This document shows, one piece after another, positions 46,318 through 54,953 of a DNA stretch of 64,000 nucleotides. The DNA comes from a virus. Taxonomy: Duplodnaviria > Caudoviricetes. Position 1 is the first letter of the stretch. Every line of letters begins with the position of its first letter. Under the pieces are notes generated by a model. The model worked only from the letters and a program-made list of their open reading frames with translations, was not told where the DNA came from and did not search any database. The stretch covers positions 16,898 through 80,897 of the IMG/VR virus record IMGVR_UViG_3300027994_000006, one strand, 5' to 3'. The translations under genes were made by a program, and so were the position numbers.

Positions 46318-46439
46318 GGGAAAGTAGCTCAGAAATAGGTTAGAGCGATTGAACTTAATTGGTTTGGAAAACCAGCATTTAAAAAAGCTATTAAATGTGT
46401 CTCCAGTAGGTCAGCGGTTCTATTCCGTTCTTTTCCACA
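46318..46439 (+). ncRNA. tRNA-like RNA 2 with about 50-nt expanded anticodon loop
   Basis: Acceptor GGGAAAG/CTTTTCC+ACA; TAGCTCAG...GGTTAGAGC D arm; AGGTC variable loop; T arm AGCGG-TTCTATT-CCGTT; two hairpins in place of the anticodon loop. Confidence 0.75.
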
Positions 46440-46442
46440 TTT

Positions 46443-46553
46443 AACAAACCATCACTCACGAGTGAGTTGCGTAAACATAATTACAAAGGTGTAGATAACA
46501 GCACTACAAGGGTGTTTCAAATGTCATCCTAAATTGCCTGCTGATGGTTTGTT
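46443..46553 (+). ncRNA. Multi-branch structured RNA closed by a 12-bp stem
   Basis: AACAAACCATCA/TGATGGTTTGTT perfect stem; internal hairpins, one with a TTCAAAT T-loop-like sequence. Confidence 0.5.
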
Positions 46554-46585
46554 TTATTAATAAATAATTTAAAATAATATATATA

Positions 46586-46798
46586 ATGGATTACTTAAAA
46601 AAAGCAAGAGAAGTTTTCATCGAGTTGTTCTTTGAACCTTGGATGACAGCTAAAGACTTTCAACAATTTGAAACCAAAGCAATCGCACATTGCAACTATG
46701 GCACAAAAAACTTTGCTCGTGACCTGGAAAACCAGTACAAACCGATGAGTGAAATTGACAGTCGCCTTGATGAAGTAAAACAAAAAGTAAGACTATAA
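46586..46798 (+). CDS. Hypothetical protein
   Basis: 70 aa, TAATG coupling to the next gene. Confidence 0.65.
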   Translation: MDYLKKAREVFIELFFEPWMTAKDFQQFETKAIAHCNYGTKNFARDLENQYKPMSEIDSRLDEVKQKVRL

Positions 46799-47094
46799 TG
46801 CAGATAGCAAAGGATATTTGGAACGGCTTATTTAATTACATTTCATACAGATTAGGATTAACCTTTCCTGAATGGAACACGGTTTACGACCAGAGATTAC
46901 GAGCCTGTGAAAAATGTCCTTTAAAAAAAGGAGCGTACTGCTCAAAAAATCGTTCGGTACAAATTATTGACAACCAAAAATTATTAATCAAAAATCCAAC
47001 AGGCGTTGTTACCGGTTGCGGATGCATAATCAAACTGAAAGCCGGAACCACATCGCCTTGCCCGCTTAACAAATGGCAAAACTTTAATTTCTAA
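46798..47094 (+). CDS. Cys-rich phage protein
   Basis: RLRACEKCP...C...GCGC..KLK...CPLNKW recurrent phage Zn-binding pattern. Confidence 0.7.
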   Translation: MQIAKDIWNGLFNYISYRLGLTFPEWNTVYDQRLRACEKCPLKKGAYCSKNRSVQIIDNQKLLIKNPTGVVTGCGCIIKLKAGTTSPCPLNKWQNFNF

Positions 47095-47095
47095 A

Positions 47096-47434
47096 ATGGA
47101 AGAAACACTTTATAAAAAAGGACACGAGACACTATCAACTTTTAGCAAGATTGAAAAGTGGGGAGAAGAAAGGAATTTCTACGGAGAAGGAGGCGCAACA
47201 ATCGAAGGCCAGTTTGTAAAATTAAACGAAGAAATCGGCGAGTTGGCTGGGAATATTGCTAGAGGTAGAGATTACACAGATGATATCGGAGATATAGTTG
47301 TCGTCCTTGTTCACCTTGCGAGATTAAAAGGAACAAATATCCAAGCCTGCATCGAACATTCTTACAACGAGATCAAAGACAGAAAAGGAAAATTCGAAAA
47401 TGGATTTTTCATTAAAGAATCAGATTTAAAATAA
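47096..47434 (+). CDS. MazG-like nucleotide pyrophosphohydrolase
   Basis: QFVKLNEEIGEL...DDIGD...YNEIKDRKGK. Confidence 0.85.
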   Translation: MEETLYKKGHETLSTFSKIEKWGEERNFYGEGGATIEGQFVKLNEEIGELAGNIARGRDYTDDIGDIVVVLVHLARLKGTNIQACIEHSYNEIKDRKGKFENGFFIKESDLK

Positions 47435-47441
47435 CGGTTGG

Positions 47442-47696
47442 ATGAGTGATGATATTTACGAAAACGCAAAGAGAAATGGAGATAATCCAATTTATCAAGT
47501 TTCTCAAGGTCTTACTAAAAAAGAATATTTGTCATCTATTGCACTGCAAGGAATTCTTTCAAATCAGTCTTTAATTGATAAAATAATTAAGCCGGGTGAA
47601 GATAATTATATAAGTTTTTTAATTAATCGAGTTTCGATGATCTCAGTAGATTTTGCAGATGAATTATTATTACAATTAGACAATACAGAAGAATAA
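47442..47696 (+). CDS. Conserved phage hypothetical protein
   Basis: GLTKKEYLSSIALQGILSN...ADELL family pattern. Confidence 0.7.
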   Translation: MSDDIYENAKRNGDNPIYQVSQGLTKKEYLSSIALQGILSNQSLIDKIIKPGEDNYISFLINRVSMISVDFADELLLQLDNTEE

Positions 47697-48494
47697 ATGC
47701 CCCAAAACCATATCCAATCACTTTTCGCCTACATAAAATTTGCACCAAAAGAAATGCAAATCAAATATTGTAACGGAATACCACGACAGATAAAATACGG
47801 AACTGATGTTTTGGATAAGGCAGGGAAACTTCTTAAAACAGGTTCGGGCAAAATAAGACAAAAGGAGATCTTAAAAGAAAATCCGGAATGGAAAGCGAAC
47901 AAAACAGATGATGCTTCATTCAATGGGATTTTGTTCAGAAATTCCAGAGTGTATATTATGAACATCTACACTTTTGATCCAGACAAAGATTACCAGCCGT
48001 CCTATTTGGACATCACAGAATTTTTCAATGAAATGCTCAGCGAGTACAACATTTACCACTTGTGCATTATCATTCCGAAGGCAGTCAGAAAACTTTATGG
48101 AGACTGCACCTTGACAGAAAATTTAATACCATTCATCAAATATGACAGACCATACAGATTACCAAAACTCAGATACAAAATCACCAGTACACACGCCAAA
48201 GAAAGGAAGTTTATTGAAAGTAAAGGGACATCAATCAATGGAACTTGGAATCAAATACTTCATAGATCCCTTGGAAAGTTCGGTAATCTTAGCGCCTTTA
48301 GAGAACAGAGAAACGAAAGATGCCAATCACTGTATTTCTTATATACCCAAGAACCAGAACTACGTGTTCCTAACCACCGCCCAAAACCACCCGATGGTTT
48401 ACCACCAAAAGGAGAACGAAAGGCGAGAAGAAGGTTTGGAGCGTTTGGTACTGAAACCTGGCGAAGTGATTGGACAGATAATCCAGATAATTGA
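47697..48494 (+). CDS. Hypothetical protein; 3' third overlaps another ORF
   Basis: 265 aa; the C-terminal Pro/Arg-rich part looks off-frame. Confidence 0.5.
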   Translation: MPQNHIQSLFAYIKFAPKEMQIKYCNGIPRQIKYGTDVLDKAGKLLKTGSGKIRQKEILKENPEWKANKTDDASFNGILFRNSRVYIMNIYTFDPDKDYQPSYLDITEFFNEMLSEYNIYHLCIIIPKAVRKLYGDCTLTENLIPFIKYDRPYRLPKLRYKITSTHAKERKFIESKGTSINGTWNQILHRSLGKFGNLSAFREQRNERCQSLYFLYTQEPELRVPNHRPKPPDGLPPKGERKARRRFGAFGTETWRSDWTDNPDN

Positions 48495-48498
48495 TTAA
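48238..48498 (+). CDS. Hypothetical protein MELGIKYFIDP... overlapping the upstream ORF
   Basis: Protein-like composition; stop 3 nt before the next ATG. Confidence 0.55.
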   Translation: MELGIKYFIDPLESSVILAPLENRETKDANHCISYIPKNQNYVFLTTAQNHPMVYHQKENERREEGLERLVLKPGEVIGQIIQIID

Positions 48499-48501
48499 GA
48501 A

Positions 48502-49203
48502 ATGTTCGTAAAAAAGAAAATCAACCACCACATAAGAGGTGCAGTAGAAACTTTCAGAAAAGCATATCTACCGTGGCAATACGGGAAAGAACAACCCAAC
48601 GGTTTTAAACCTGTCGAGTACGATTTCTCTAATACCATCCAAGTCAGATTCCTAAACAGGGTTTACGAACTAATGACCAACAATGGATTTAATAAAAAGG
48701 AAATAAACCAGATTATCTGCAGCAATATTATAAAATCCAAAACTATATCGCTTGTAGATTACACAAGAGAAGGCCATCGGTCTATGGAGCTTTGGGAGTA
48801 TGATATTTTTCGGAATTACTTTAAAATGGATGCCAATTGGAAATGTGATTATGAAGGCGACACCAGATACTCTCACAGCTTCGAAGGAAACAAGTTGGTA
48901 TTAGAAAGTCATTGGATGCCGAAGTTTTATATGGTAATAAATCTAGATGACTACTCAGATTTTGAAGTTGATTTTTCTAAGGATAAATTATTCCGAGAAA
49001 TCGCCAACACACCAAATTCTGACGACAACAAAGTAAAAAGAGCCTTTGCAGAGTGCAAAAATATAATGGATTGGTACTTCCTAAAAAAGACAAGCCGGAA
49101 AGCATATCCTTTTAATCTAAAAAAAATGCAAACCTTATTCAAACAAAAGTGGTACGCCAACGAGGTTAGGATTCGGAATGAGAAAACAAAATATATGGTT
49201 TAA
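48502..49203 (+). CDS. Hypothetical protein
   Basis: 233 aa, operon context. Confidence 0.7.
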   Translation: MFVKKKINHHIRGAVETFRKAYLPWQYGKEQPNGFKPVEYDFSNTIQVRFLNRVYELMTNNGFNKKEINQIICSNIIKSKTISLVDYTREGHRSMELWEYDIFRNYFKMDANWKCDYEGDTRYSHSFEGNKLVLESHWMPKFYMVINLDDYSDFEVDFSKDKLFREIANTPNSDDNKVKRAFAECKNIMDWYFLKKTSRKAYPFNLKKMQTLFKQKWYANEVRIRNEKTKYMV

Positions 49204-49217
49204 TTAAAATTAGAATT

Positions 49218-49448
49218 ATGACAACTAAATATGAAATTTTAGAAGAATTAAAACAATTAATTATTGATAAAAGGGAAGAGATTTCGACCGAAGCAGATGA
49301 AGAATCAATGCAATGGCAAGAAGATGCAGATCAGGAAGAAAGTGAGTTTTATGAAGTAGCAAAATTTGAGTATAACAAAATTCTTGACACTAAATTGAAT
49401 GCAGATCTATTTTTAGACCAAGTAGAGGAATTTTTAAATAATAACTAA
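49218..49448 (+). CDS. Acidic hypothetical protein
   Basis: 76 aa, strongly Glu/Asp-rich. Confidence 0.65.
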   Translation: MTTKYEILEELKQLIIDKREEISTEADEESMQWQEDADQEESEFYEVAKFEYNKILDTKLNADLFLDQVEEFLNNN

Positions 49449-49450
49449 TT

Positions 49451-49651
49451 ATGAGCAAACTAAATATCGAACTTCTCAACGAAGTAGAAATCGAAACAAA
49501 AAGATTTCTTAAAAAACTCACCGAAGCTAAAAAGAGAGTCGAAGAAGACAAATATGCTACTCACGGATGCAAAGAAACTGGAGCAATAAAAAGAGCATCA
49601 CTTGATCTTAAAAATGAATTAACCAGAATAACAACAAGTACCGGATATTAA
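49451..49651 (+). CDS. Hypothetical protein
   Basis: 66 aa. Confidence 0.65.
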   Translation: MSKLNIELLNEVEIETKRFLKKLTEAKKRVEEDKYATHGCKETGAIKRASLDLKNELTRITTSTGY

Positions 49652-49769
49652 ATGACCCACCTCCAGCAAATCCTACAACACACCGATAACGAAAAACTAC
49701 TTTTCGCCTTCCTTATTACCGGGATTCTGCTCACCCAATTAATCGGACACATTAGACAAAGACACAACA

Positions 49770-50222
49770 ATGAAAATAATTGGGATTGACCCAGACGTTA
49801 CAAAATCAGGTATTGCGATATACGATAAGATAGCAAAAAATTTAGAACTCAAGTCGCTTTCTTTTTTTAATCTTTTAGATTATTTACGGGACAACTCTGC
49901 TGATATTGAGTTAGTTAAGATCGAGGGTGGCTGGCTTAATAAGAAATCTAACTTTCGCTTTACCAAATCAAAGGGAATAGGGGAGAACATCGCCAAGAAA
50001 GTTGGTTCCAACCACGAGACAGGAAAGAAGATCGTAGAAATGTGCGAATATCTTAATATAAAATATAGCATCGTAAAGCCTTTACGGAAAATATGGAAAG
50101 GCGCAGAGGGCAAAATCACAGATGAAGAACTAAGGCTACAACTTTCAAGATTGAAAATCACCTTGGCAAGAAAAACTACAAATCAGGATATTCGAGATTC
50201 AATATTAATATGCCTGTACTAA
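49770..50222 (+). CDS. RuvC-like Holliday junction resolvase
   Basis: IIGIDPDVTKSGIA, VKIEG, VKP..KIWK, QDIRDS acidic tetrad pattern. Confidence 0.8.
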   Translation: MKIIGIDPDVTKSGIAIYDKIAKNLELKSLSFFNLLDYLRDNSADIELVKIEGGWLNKKSNFRFTKSKGIGENIAKKVGSNHETGKKIVEMCEYLNIKYSIVKPLRKIWKGAEGKITDEELRLQLSRLKITLARKTTNQDIRDSILICLY

Positions 50223-50246
50223 AATTTATAAAACTTTTCTAAAATA

Positions 50247-50280
50247 ATGAATGAATTGTAAACATTTATGTTTATCTTTG
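50247..50280 (+). promoter_or_regulatory. Operator-promoter, 34-bp class (ATGAATGAATTGTAAACATTTATGTTTATCTTTG)
   Basis: Perfect TAAACA-N4-TGTTTA plus -7 box. Confidence 0.8.
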
Positions 50281-50329
50281 AATCAAGATATTGCAACTAT
50301 TTAGTGATAACCAATTAAAAATTAAAATT

Positions 50330-50560
50330 ATGACAGCAATCTTCAAAACAATAAATGCAATCGTTTTACTACCATACCTATTTTGCATTATAATTTTTGT
50401 AATTATTAAAGCAATTCATTTATCCATTACAGATCCAAGCTTAATAGATTCTTTTGGCAATCAAGTAAAAGATTTTGTATCGGAAGAAAAGAAAAATCAT
50501 TCAGTACGGATGACTATAATCTCACTACTGATATGGATTTCAATTTTTTACTCCTTTTAA
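50330..50560 (+). CDS. Small two-TM membrane protein
   Basis: ATG 50330 preferred; two hydrophobic segments. Confidence 0.6.
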   Translation: MTAIFKTINAIVLLPYLFCIIIFVIIKAIHLSITDPSLIDSFGNQVKDFVSEEKKNHSVRMTIISLLIWISIFYSF

Positions 50561-50573
50561 AAGCCAAAAAGAT

Positions 50574-51014
50574 ATGCACGACCAACCCGAAATTACAGAT
50601 GGAAAAGAACTTCTCATTGAATCATTTGAATCGCACAAAACCTATGTGGGAAAAGAAATCCGAACAAGAATTGCAGCTGCTAAAATTAAAAGTTCTGTAA
50701 AAGATGAGAAAAATCTACCGACCAAAATAAAGCGAGGCTATGTTTTAACTGCAGCGTGTGGTTCGAAAATAAGACCAGTTGTAGTAGTAAAGCAAATCAA
50801 GGATAAGATAGTTTTTATTCCAATGACATCCGGCGAAAATATCCACTCAACAATAGCCTTCACATCAAGATTTTTCGGAGAAGGCTACTTTTCATTATCA
50901 CTTGATGTATGCACGGTGAAATATGCAAAGAAGAATTTTGTAGGAATATTTGGTGACAACAAATCGCTTAGACAAGCCACAGATTTTATTAAAACTTTTA
51001 TAAACAGATTATAA
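50574..51014 (+). CDS. Hypothetical protein (weak PemK/SH3-like pattern)
   Basis: KIRPVVVVK...VFIPMTS resembles the RPxxV...PxTS motif of PemK/MazF folds; unverified. Confidence 0.45.
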   Translation: MHDQPEITDGKELLIESFESHKTYVGKEIRTRIAAAKIKSSVKDEKNLPTKIKRGYVLTAACGSKIRPVVVVKQIKDKIVFIPMTSGENIHSTIAFTSRFFGEGYFSLSLDVCTVKYAKKNFVGIFGDNKSLRQATDFIKTFINRL

Positions 51015-51018
51015 CGAA

Positions 51019-51261
51019 ATGAGCGCACAAGCAGAAGTAAGAGCTAATAGTATCATCAGAGATATATCCAAGGAGATCACGGATTACGGACAAAGTAAAG
51101 AGCACCTTTTTGAAGATGCTAAAAGAATAGCAAAATTATTAGTAAATGAAGTCCGCAGCGCAGAACCACTTTCGCCACATTATTCTCCCGTAAACAGATA
51201 TGTATCAGCAAAGAAATTCTGGGGCGATGTTTTCAATGCGGTGTGCCGGGCAAAATTATAA
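51019..51261 (+). CDS. Hypothetical protein
   Basis: 80 aa. Confidence 0.65.
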   Translation: MSAQAEVRANSIIRDISKEITDYGQSKEHLFEDAKRIAKLLVNEVRSAEPLSPHYSPVNRYVSAKKFWGDVFNAVCRAKL

Positions 51262-51264
51262 AAT

Positions 51265-51495
51265 ATGAGAAATCTTACTACCACAACAAAACTCTCAGAA
51301 CTACCAGTTGGTGTAACTGTAGAAATCAACGCTTTAGATTTTACTTATAAAGGCAAGGAAAAAAGGAATCTCGGATTTGGAAAGGTCGAATGTTTTATTT
51401 TCTACTCAGAAAAACTGAAAGCCGAAAGAACTTTTGAATTCCACAAAACAAAAAACCACGAACTGAAGAAACTAAAAGACAAATATAAATTTTAA
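51265..51495 (+). CDS. Hypothetical protein
   Basis: 76 aa. Confidence 0.6.
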   Translation: MRNLTTTTKLSELPVGVTVEINALDFTYKGKEKRNLGFGKVECFIFYSEKLKAERTFEFHKTKNHELKKLKDKYKF

Positions 51496-51655
51496 TGCAC
51501 GAAATCAAAATAGAGAAAGTAACAGAAGTAAGTCTTGCTCACAATACCGAAACTGACATCATTAAGATTGGAATCATCCGAGAAGGCAAAATGTTCTTCC
51601 GAACAGAAATGAAATATCGCCTAAATAAAAATAATACCGTAACAGTAATGTAAAT

Positions 51656-52096
51656 ATGAGCAACATCATCATAGACAACAGACAAAGAGATCATAAGAAT
51701 AGCAAATTATTCAACCAAGTCGCCTTCCTACTCAATTGTGCTATTCCATTGTTAGACCAGCTAAAGGAAACAACAGCCTACAACAAAGAATTGAAATTCC
51801 ACGGCAACCAGGTTCTGAAGCAGATGGAAAAATACACAGAAGGCCATCAGAAATTATTTATGTTTGGAGGCGACGTGCCAATTCCAGGCACTGACAAATC
51901 TATTAATGCTCAGGATATTTTCAACATCACAGATACAGCTTATGAAAAACTATTATCTTGGGCAAGCAATCGCCATCCTAACCATATCGTTTCGCTCATC
52001 ACAACCATAGAGCGATTAGAAGCATCCGGAAAACTCGACTTGAACCACGTTGATAATTCTTACGTTCCTGTTGATTCTGATCTTGTAAAAGTGTAG
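51656..52096 (+). CDS. Hypothetical protein
   Basis: 146 aa. Confidence 0.7.
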   Translation: MSNIIIDNRQRDHKNSKLFNQVAFLLNCAIPLLDQLKETTAYNKELKFHGNQVLKQMEKYTEGHQKLFMFGGDVPIPGTDKSINAQDIFNITDTAYEKLLSWASNRHPNHIVSLITTIERLEASGKLDLNHVDNSYVPVDSDLVKV

Positions 52097-52098
52097 TT

Positions 52099-52539
52099 AT
52101 GAAAAGAGAGATGAAATTTAGAGGTCAAAGAAAACTAAACGGGGATTGGGTTTTCGGAAGCTATATCGCTATTGGTGAGGATTGGTGTCAGATTGTTCCA
52201 ACTGGTACAGAGTATGACGAAATTGATGTTGAAAAAACAAGGGTTATTACAGAAACCGTTGGCCAATTCACTGGATTAAAAGACAAGAACGATAAAGAGA
52301 TTTTCGAAGGGGACATCCTCGTAAAAGTAGAAACCGATTATGATAAGTGGCAAGAACTTGATTATGAAGGTGAGGAGCCTTTAAAGCGAGATAAGATAGA
52401 TGTCGCAACGATGGATAGATTTCCTAATTATTGGTTAGAAAATGAGTCTTTTGGTTATGATGGGGAAGACTTAGAATCACCACCTTATTGGGAAATCATC
52501 GGCAACATACACGAAAATCCCGAATTACTAAAAGAATGA
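52099..52539 (+). CDS. YopX family protein
   Basis: REMKFRG...VGQFTGLKDKNDKEIFEGDIL...IIGNIHENPELL. Confidence 0.9.
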   Translation: MKREMKFRGQRKLNGDWVFGSYIAIGEDWCQIVPTGTEYDEIDVEKTRVITETVGQFTGLKDKNDKEIFEGDILVKVETDYDKWQELDYEGEEPLKRDKIDVATMDRFPNYWLENESFGYDGEDLESPPYWEIIGNIHENPELLKE

Positions 52540-53009
52540 ACGAAAGAGACACCATACTTTTTGAACATGCCAAGAATCCATTAGCAAGTCTTGAAACTCT
52601 CGCTTTTATTTGTGGTAATTTATTAGGATCTGGATATTACCGTGATGTGTTTGAATATAATCTCGATCCTAAATATGTTGTTAAAATCCAAAGAGATGAT
52701 GCGAAGTTTAACAATATAGTAGAATGGGAGATTTGGAATACCGTGAGTTACGGCTCATATAAAAAACATTTTGCACCTTGTACTTGGATTTTAGGAAATG
52801 GTAGAATACTTATCCAAAGAAAAACCACACCCATCTCCAAGCGAAAGCCCGCCCCCGAAAAGATTCCAAACTTCTTCACAGATGTCAAAGATTCAAACTT
52901 CGGATGGATTGGGAATCAATTTGTCGCCCACGACTACGACTACACACTCGTAAAACTCGTGGACTTCGGACTCACTAATAAAGAAAAGAAATATAAATCA
53001 CATATATAA
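52536..53009 (+). CDS. Minimal protein-kinase-like (ePK/APH fold) protein
   Basis: LGSGYYRDVF G-loop, YVVKI lysine, NIVEW helix-C Glu, DVKDSNFG catalytic loop, HDYD metal motif; ATGA overlap favours start 52536. Confidence 0.7.
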   Translation: MNERDTILFEHAKNPLASLETLAFICGNLLGSGYYRDVFEYNLDPKYVVKIQRDDAKFNNIVEWEIWNTVSYGSYKKHFAPCTWILGNGRILIQRKTTPISKRKPAPEKIPNFFTDVKDSNFGWIGNQFVAHDYDYTLVKLVDFGLTNKEKKYKSHI

Positions 53010-53014
53010 AACTG

Positions 53015-53461
53015 ATGAACGCAAAAAACAGATTATCACTAAAAGCACTATCGGTACAAACCAGACAGGAAGTGCAAATTTTTATTTACTTAGCAACAGA
53101 AAATCCTGCCGTATTTAATGTTTACCAATCAAAAGAAGATTTCCAAAATGATATTTCGGAGTTATGTTACATCCAGAAACCAACTTTTGAAACCGACAAC
53201 AAGGGAGAATATTTATATGAAGGCGACTTGATGACGGATTTATACAATCCAAAAACAGGAGGATTTTTACCAAGACCAGTTATTAGGTTTAAAAGGGGAG
53301 AGTTTGTTCTCACACCAACATCAGACGAGTTTTCATCCTACATACCACTCAAAGAAGTAATAGATAATCCGGAGATAACACTTTTCCATAAAGTAGGCGA
53401 TATCTATACCGATACCAATACTATCGCCGTACTCGCTAACTGGTGGAAAACTAAATATTAA
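53015..53461 (+). CDS. Divergent YopX-like protein
   Basis: DNKGEYLYEGDL and KVGDIY partial YopX motifs. Confidence 0.55.
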   Translation: MNAKNRLSLKALSVQTRQEVQIFIYLATENPAVFNVYQSKEDFQNDISELCYIQKPTFETDNKGEYLYEGDLMTDLYNPKTGGFLPRPVIRFKRGEFVLTPTSDEFSSYIPLKEVIDNPEITLFHKVGDIYTDTNTIAVLANWWKTKY

Positions 53462-53625
53462 AGCGAAGCGCAATTTTTCGGGAATTTTTACAACCTAAAT
53501 AGTTAAACCAATGATAGAAATAGGAACCAATCTCGCAGCAGTATTATCATCTGCCATATTCTGGATCGCATTAGCAGTAATTGCTTGGGCATTTTTACGA
53601 GATTAACTTTTTACAAATCGCATAA

Positions 53626-53883
53626 ATGACAAAAGATTCAATAATAATTTGCCAGTGCCACAGCGCAGAACATCAGATAATCTTCAGAGAGTTTGATGAT
53701 GAGAAAATGGTTTGTATGAAAGTACACCTCAATAAACTTCCAATAATAAAAAGAATCTGGTACGCACTAAAATACATTTTTGGATTTCAATCTAAATATG
53801 GAGCGTTCGCTGAATTTATTTTCAAACCGGAAGATGCGGAGATTGTGGAGAAAATTACTAATCGTCTAAAACAACAGAAATGA
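53626..53883 (+). CDS. Conserved phage hypothetical protein
   Basis: CQCHSAEH...KRIWYALKYIFG. Confidence 0.7.
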   Translation: MTKDSIIICQCHSAEHQIIFREFDDEKMVCMKVHLNKLPIIKRIWYALKYIFGFQSKYGAFAEFIFKPEDAEIVEKITNRLKQQK

Positions 53884-54176
53884 AAACAGCAATACAAGCA
53901 TTAATAGAAAGAGCAGAGAAGGCTAAAAATCTATACTTATCCGGCGCAGTAAATTATGACGGTTTGATAATAGAACTTAATAATGCGCTGAAAAAAGAAC
54001 AGGAACAAATCGAGACCGCCTTCCACAATGGACAAGTCGAAGTTTTCAATGTCATAAAAAAAGCTTTCCCAGATCATAAGTTCACTGAAACACAAAAGGA
54101 ATTGGATTTAATAGAATCGGGTAAAGAACCAAATGAAGATGCTGAGGATTACTATCAGAAAAACTACACTAATTAA
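53880..54176 (+). CDS. Hypothetical protein
   Basis: MKTAIQ...EQEQIETAF...EDYYQ Bacteroidota-phage family pattern. Confidence 0.7.
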   Translation: MKTAIQALIERAEKAKNLYLSGAVNYDGLIIELNNALKKEQEQIETAFHNGQVEVFNVIKKAFPDHKFTETQKELDLIESGKEPNEDAEDYYQKNYTN

Positions 54177-54277
54177 TTATTTAACGCTTTTAAATATCTC
54201 TCAAAAATCAACGCAAAACAAAAAGCAATACAATTCGCCACTCTAATCAAAACATTACAAAATAACACCGCAAAACA

Positions 54278-54541
54278 ATGGAGAACGAAACAATAATACC
54301 AGAAGATAAATCCCAAAACGTAATAGGGATAATTTATACCGCACTTTCAAACTTTAAAAAACACTTTAAACGAAATCCGATGGAGATTTTAATGACTTCC
54401 AATAAGTACGTTCAATTTCTTGAAGAAATCAAAGCTATCAAGACTATATCAAAAGATGAACATAAAATAATCTTTGAAGGAAAACCTATTATGATTACAA
54501 TCACGGAACTTCCGCATAAAGAATCATTTGAAATCAGATAA
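54278..54541 (+). CDS. Hypothetical protein
   Basis: 87 aa. Confidence 0.6.
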   Translation: MENETIIPEDKSQNVIGIIYTALSNFKKHFKRNPMEILMTSNKYVQFLEEIKAIKTISKDEHKIIFEGKPIMITITELPHKESFEIR

Positions 54542-54701
54542 TGAACAAGAATTCATTAGCATATTTCCTACTCAATCTCTACGGGATCATAGATAAATCT
54601 GCAGAACAAGTCATCCTTTCGCCCGAACAACAAAAAGAAATGATCCAGCAATACGAACAAACCAAAAAGAAAGCAAAATTCAACACCAAAAGAAAACGAA
54701 T

Positions 54702-54953
54702 ATGAACGAAAATAAAGAAATTGACAAAGGTTTAAGCGAATTCATAAGTAGCACATTTGTCCAGAGAACCGGAAAGATAGCAGAAATAATTGTTGACTTT
54801 TTTGAAGGAGATCCATTAAAACCAATTCGACTAATAGGATTTCAAACTGACGCATCTTACTCAGATTTTGAAATTTTAGAGGATGGATATTATTACTACA
54901 ACGAATTAAAAATAAATATTTTTGAATCTAAAGCTGATAGAAATGAAATTTGA
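54702..54953 (+). CDS. Hypothetical protein
   Basis: 83 aa. Confidence 0.6.
   Translation: MNENKEIDKGLSEFISSTFVQRTGKIAEIIVDFFEGDPLKPIRLIGFQTDASYSDFEILEDGYYYYNELKINIFESKADRNEI

Noticed and set aside
46192-46439. Calling the two elements functional decoding tRNAs with assigned anticodons
   Set aside because: Neither has a 7-nt anticodon loop on a 5-bp stem; no anticodon can be assigned, and neither shows tRNA-Asp identity (GUC, G73).
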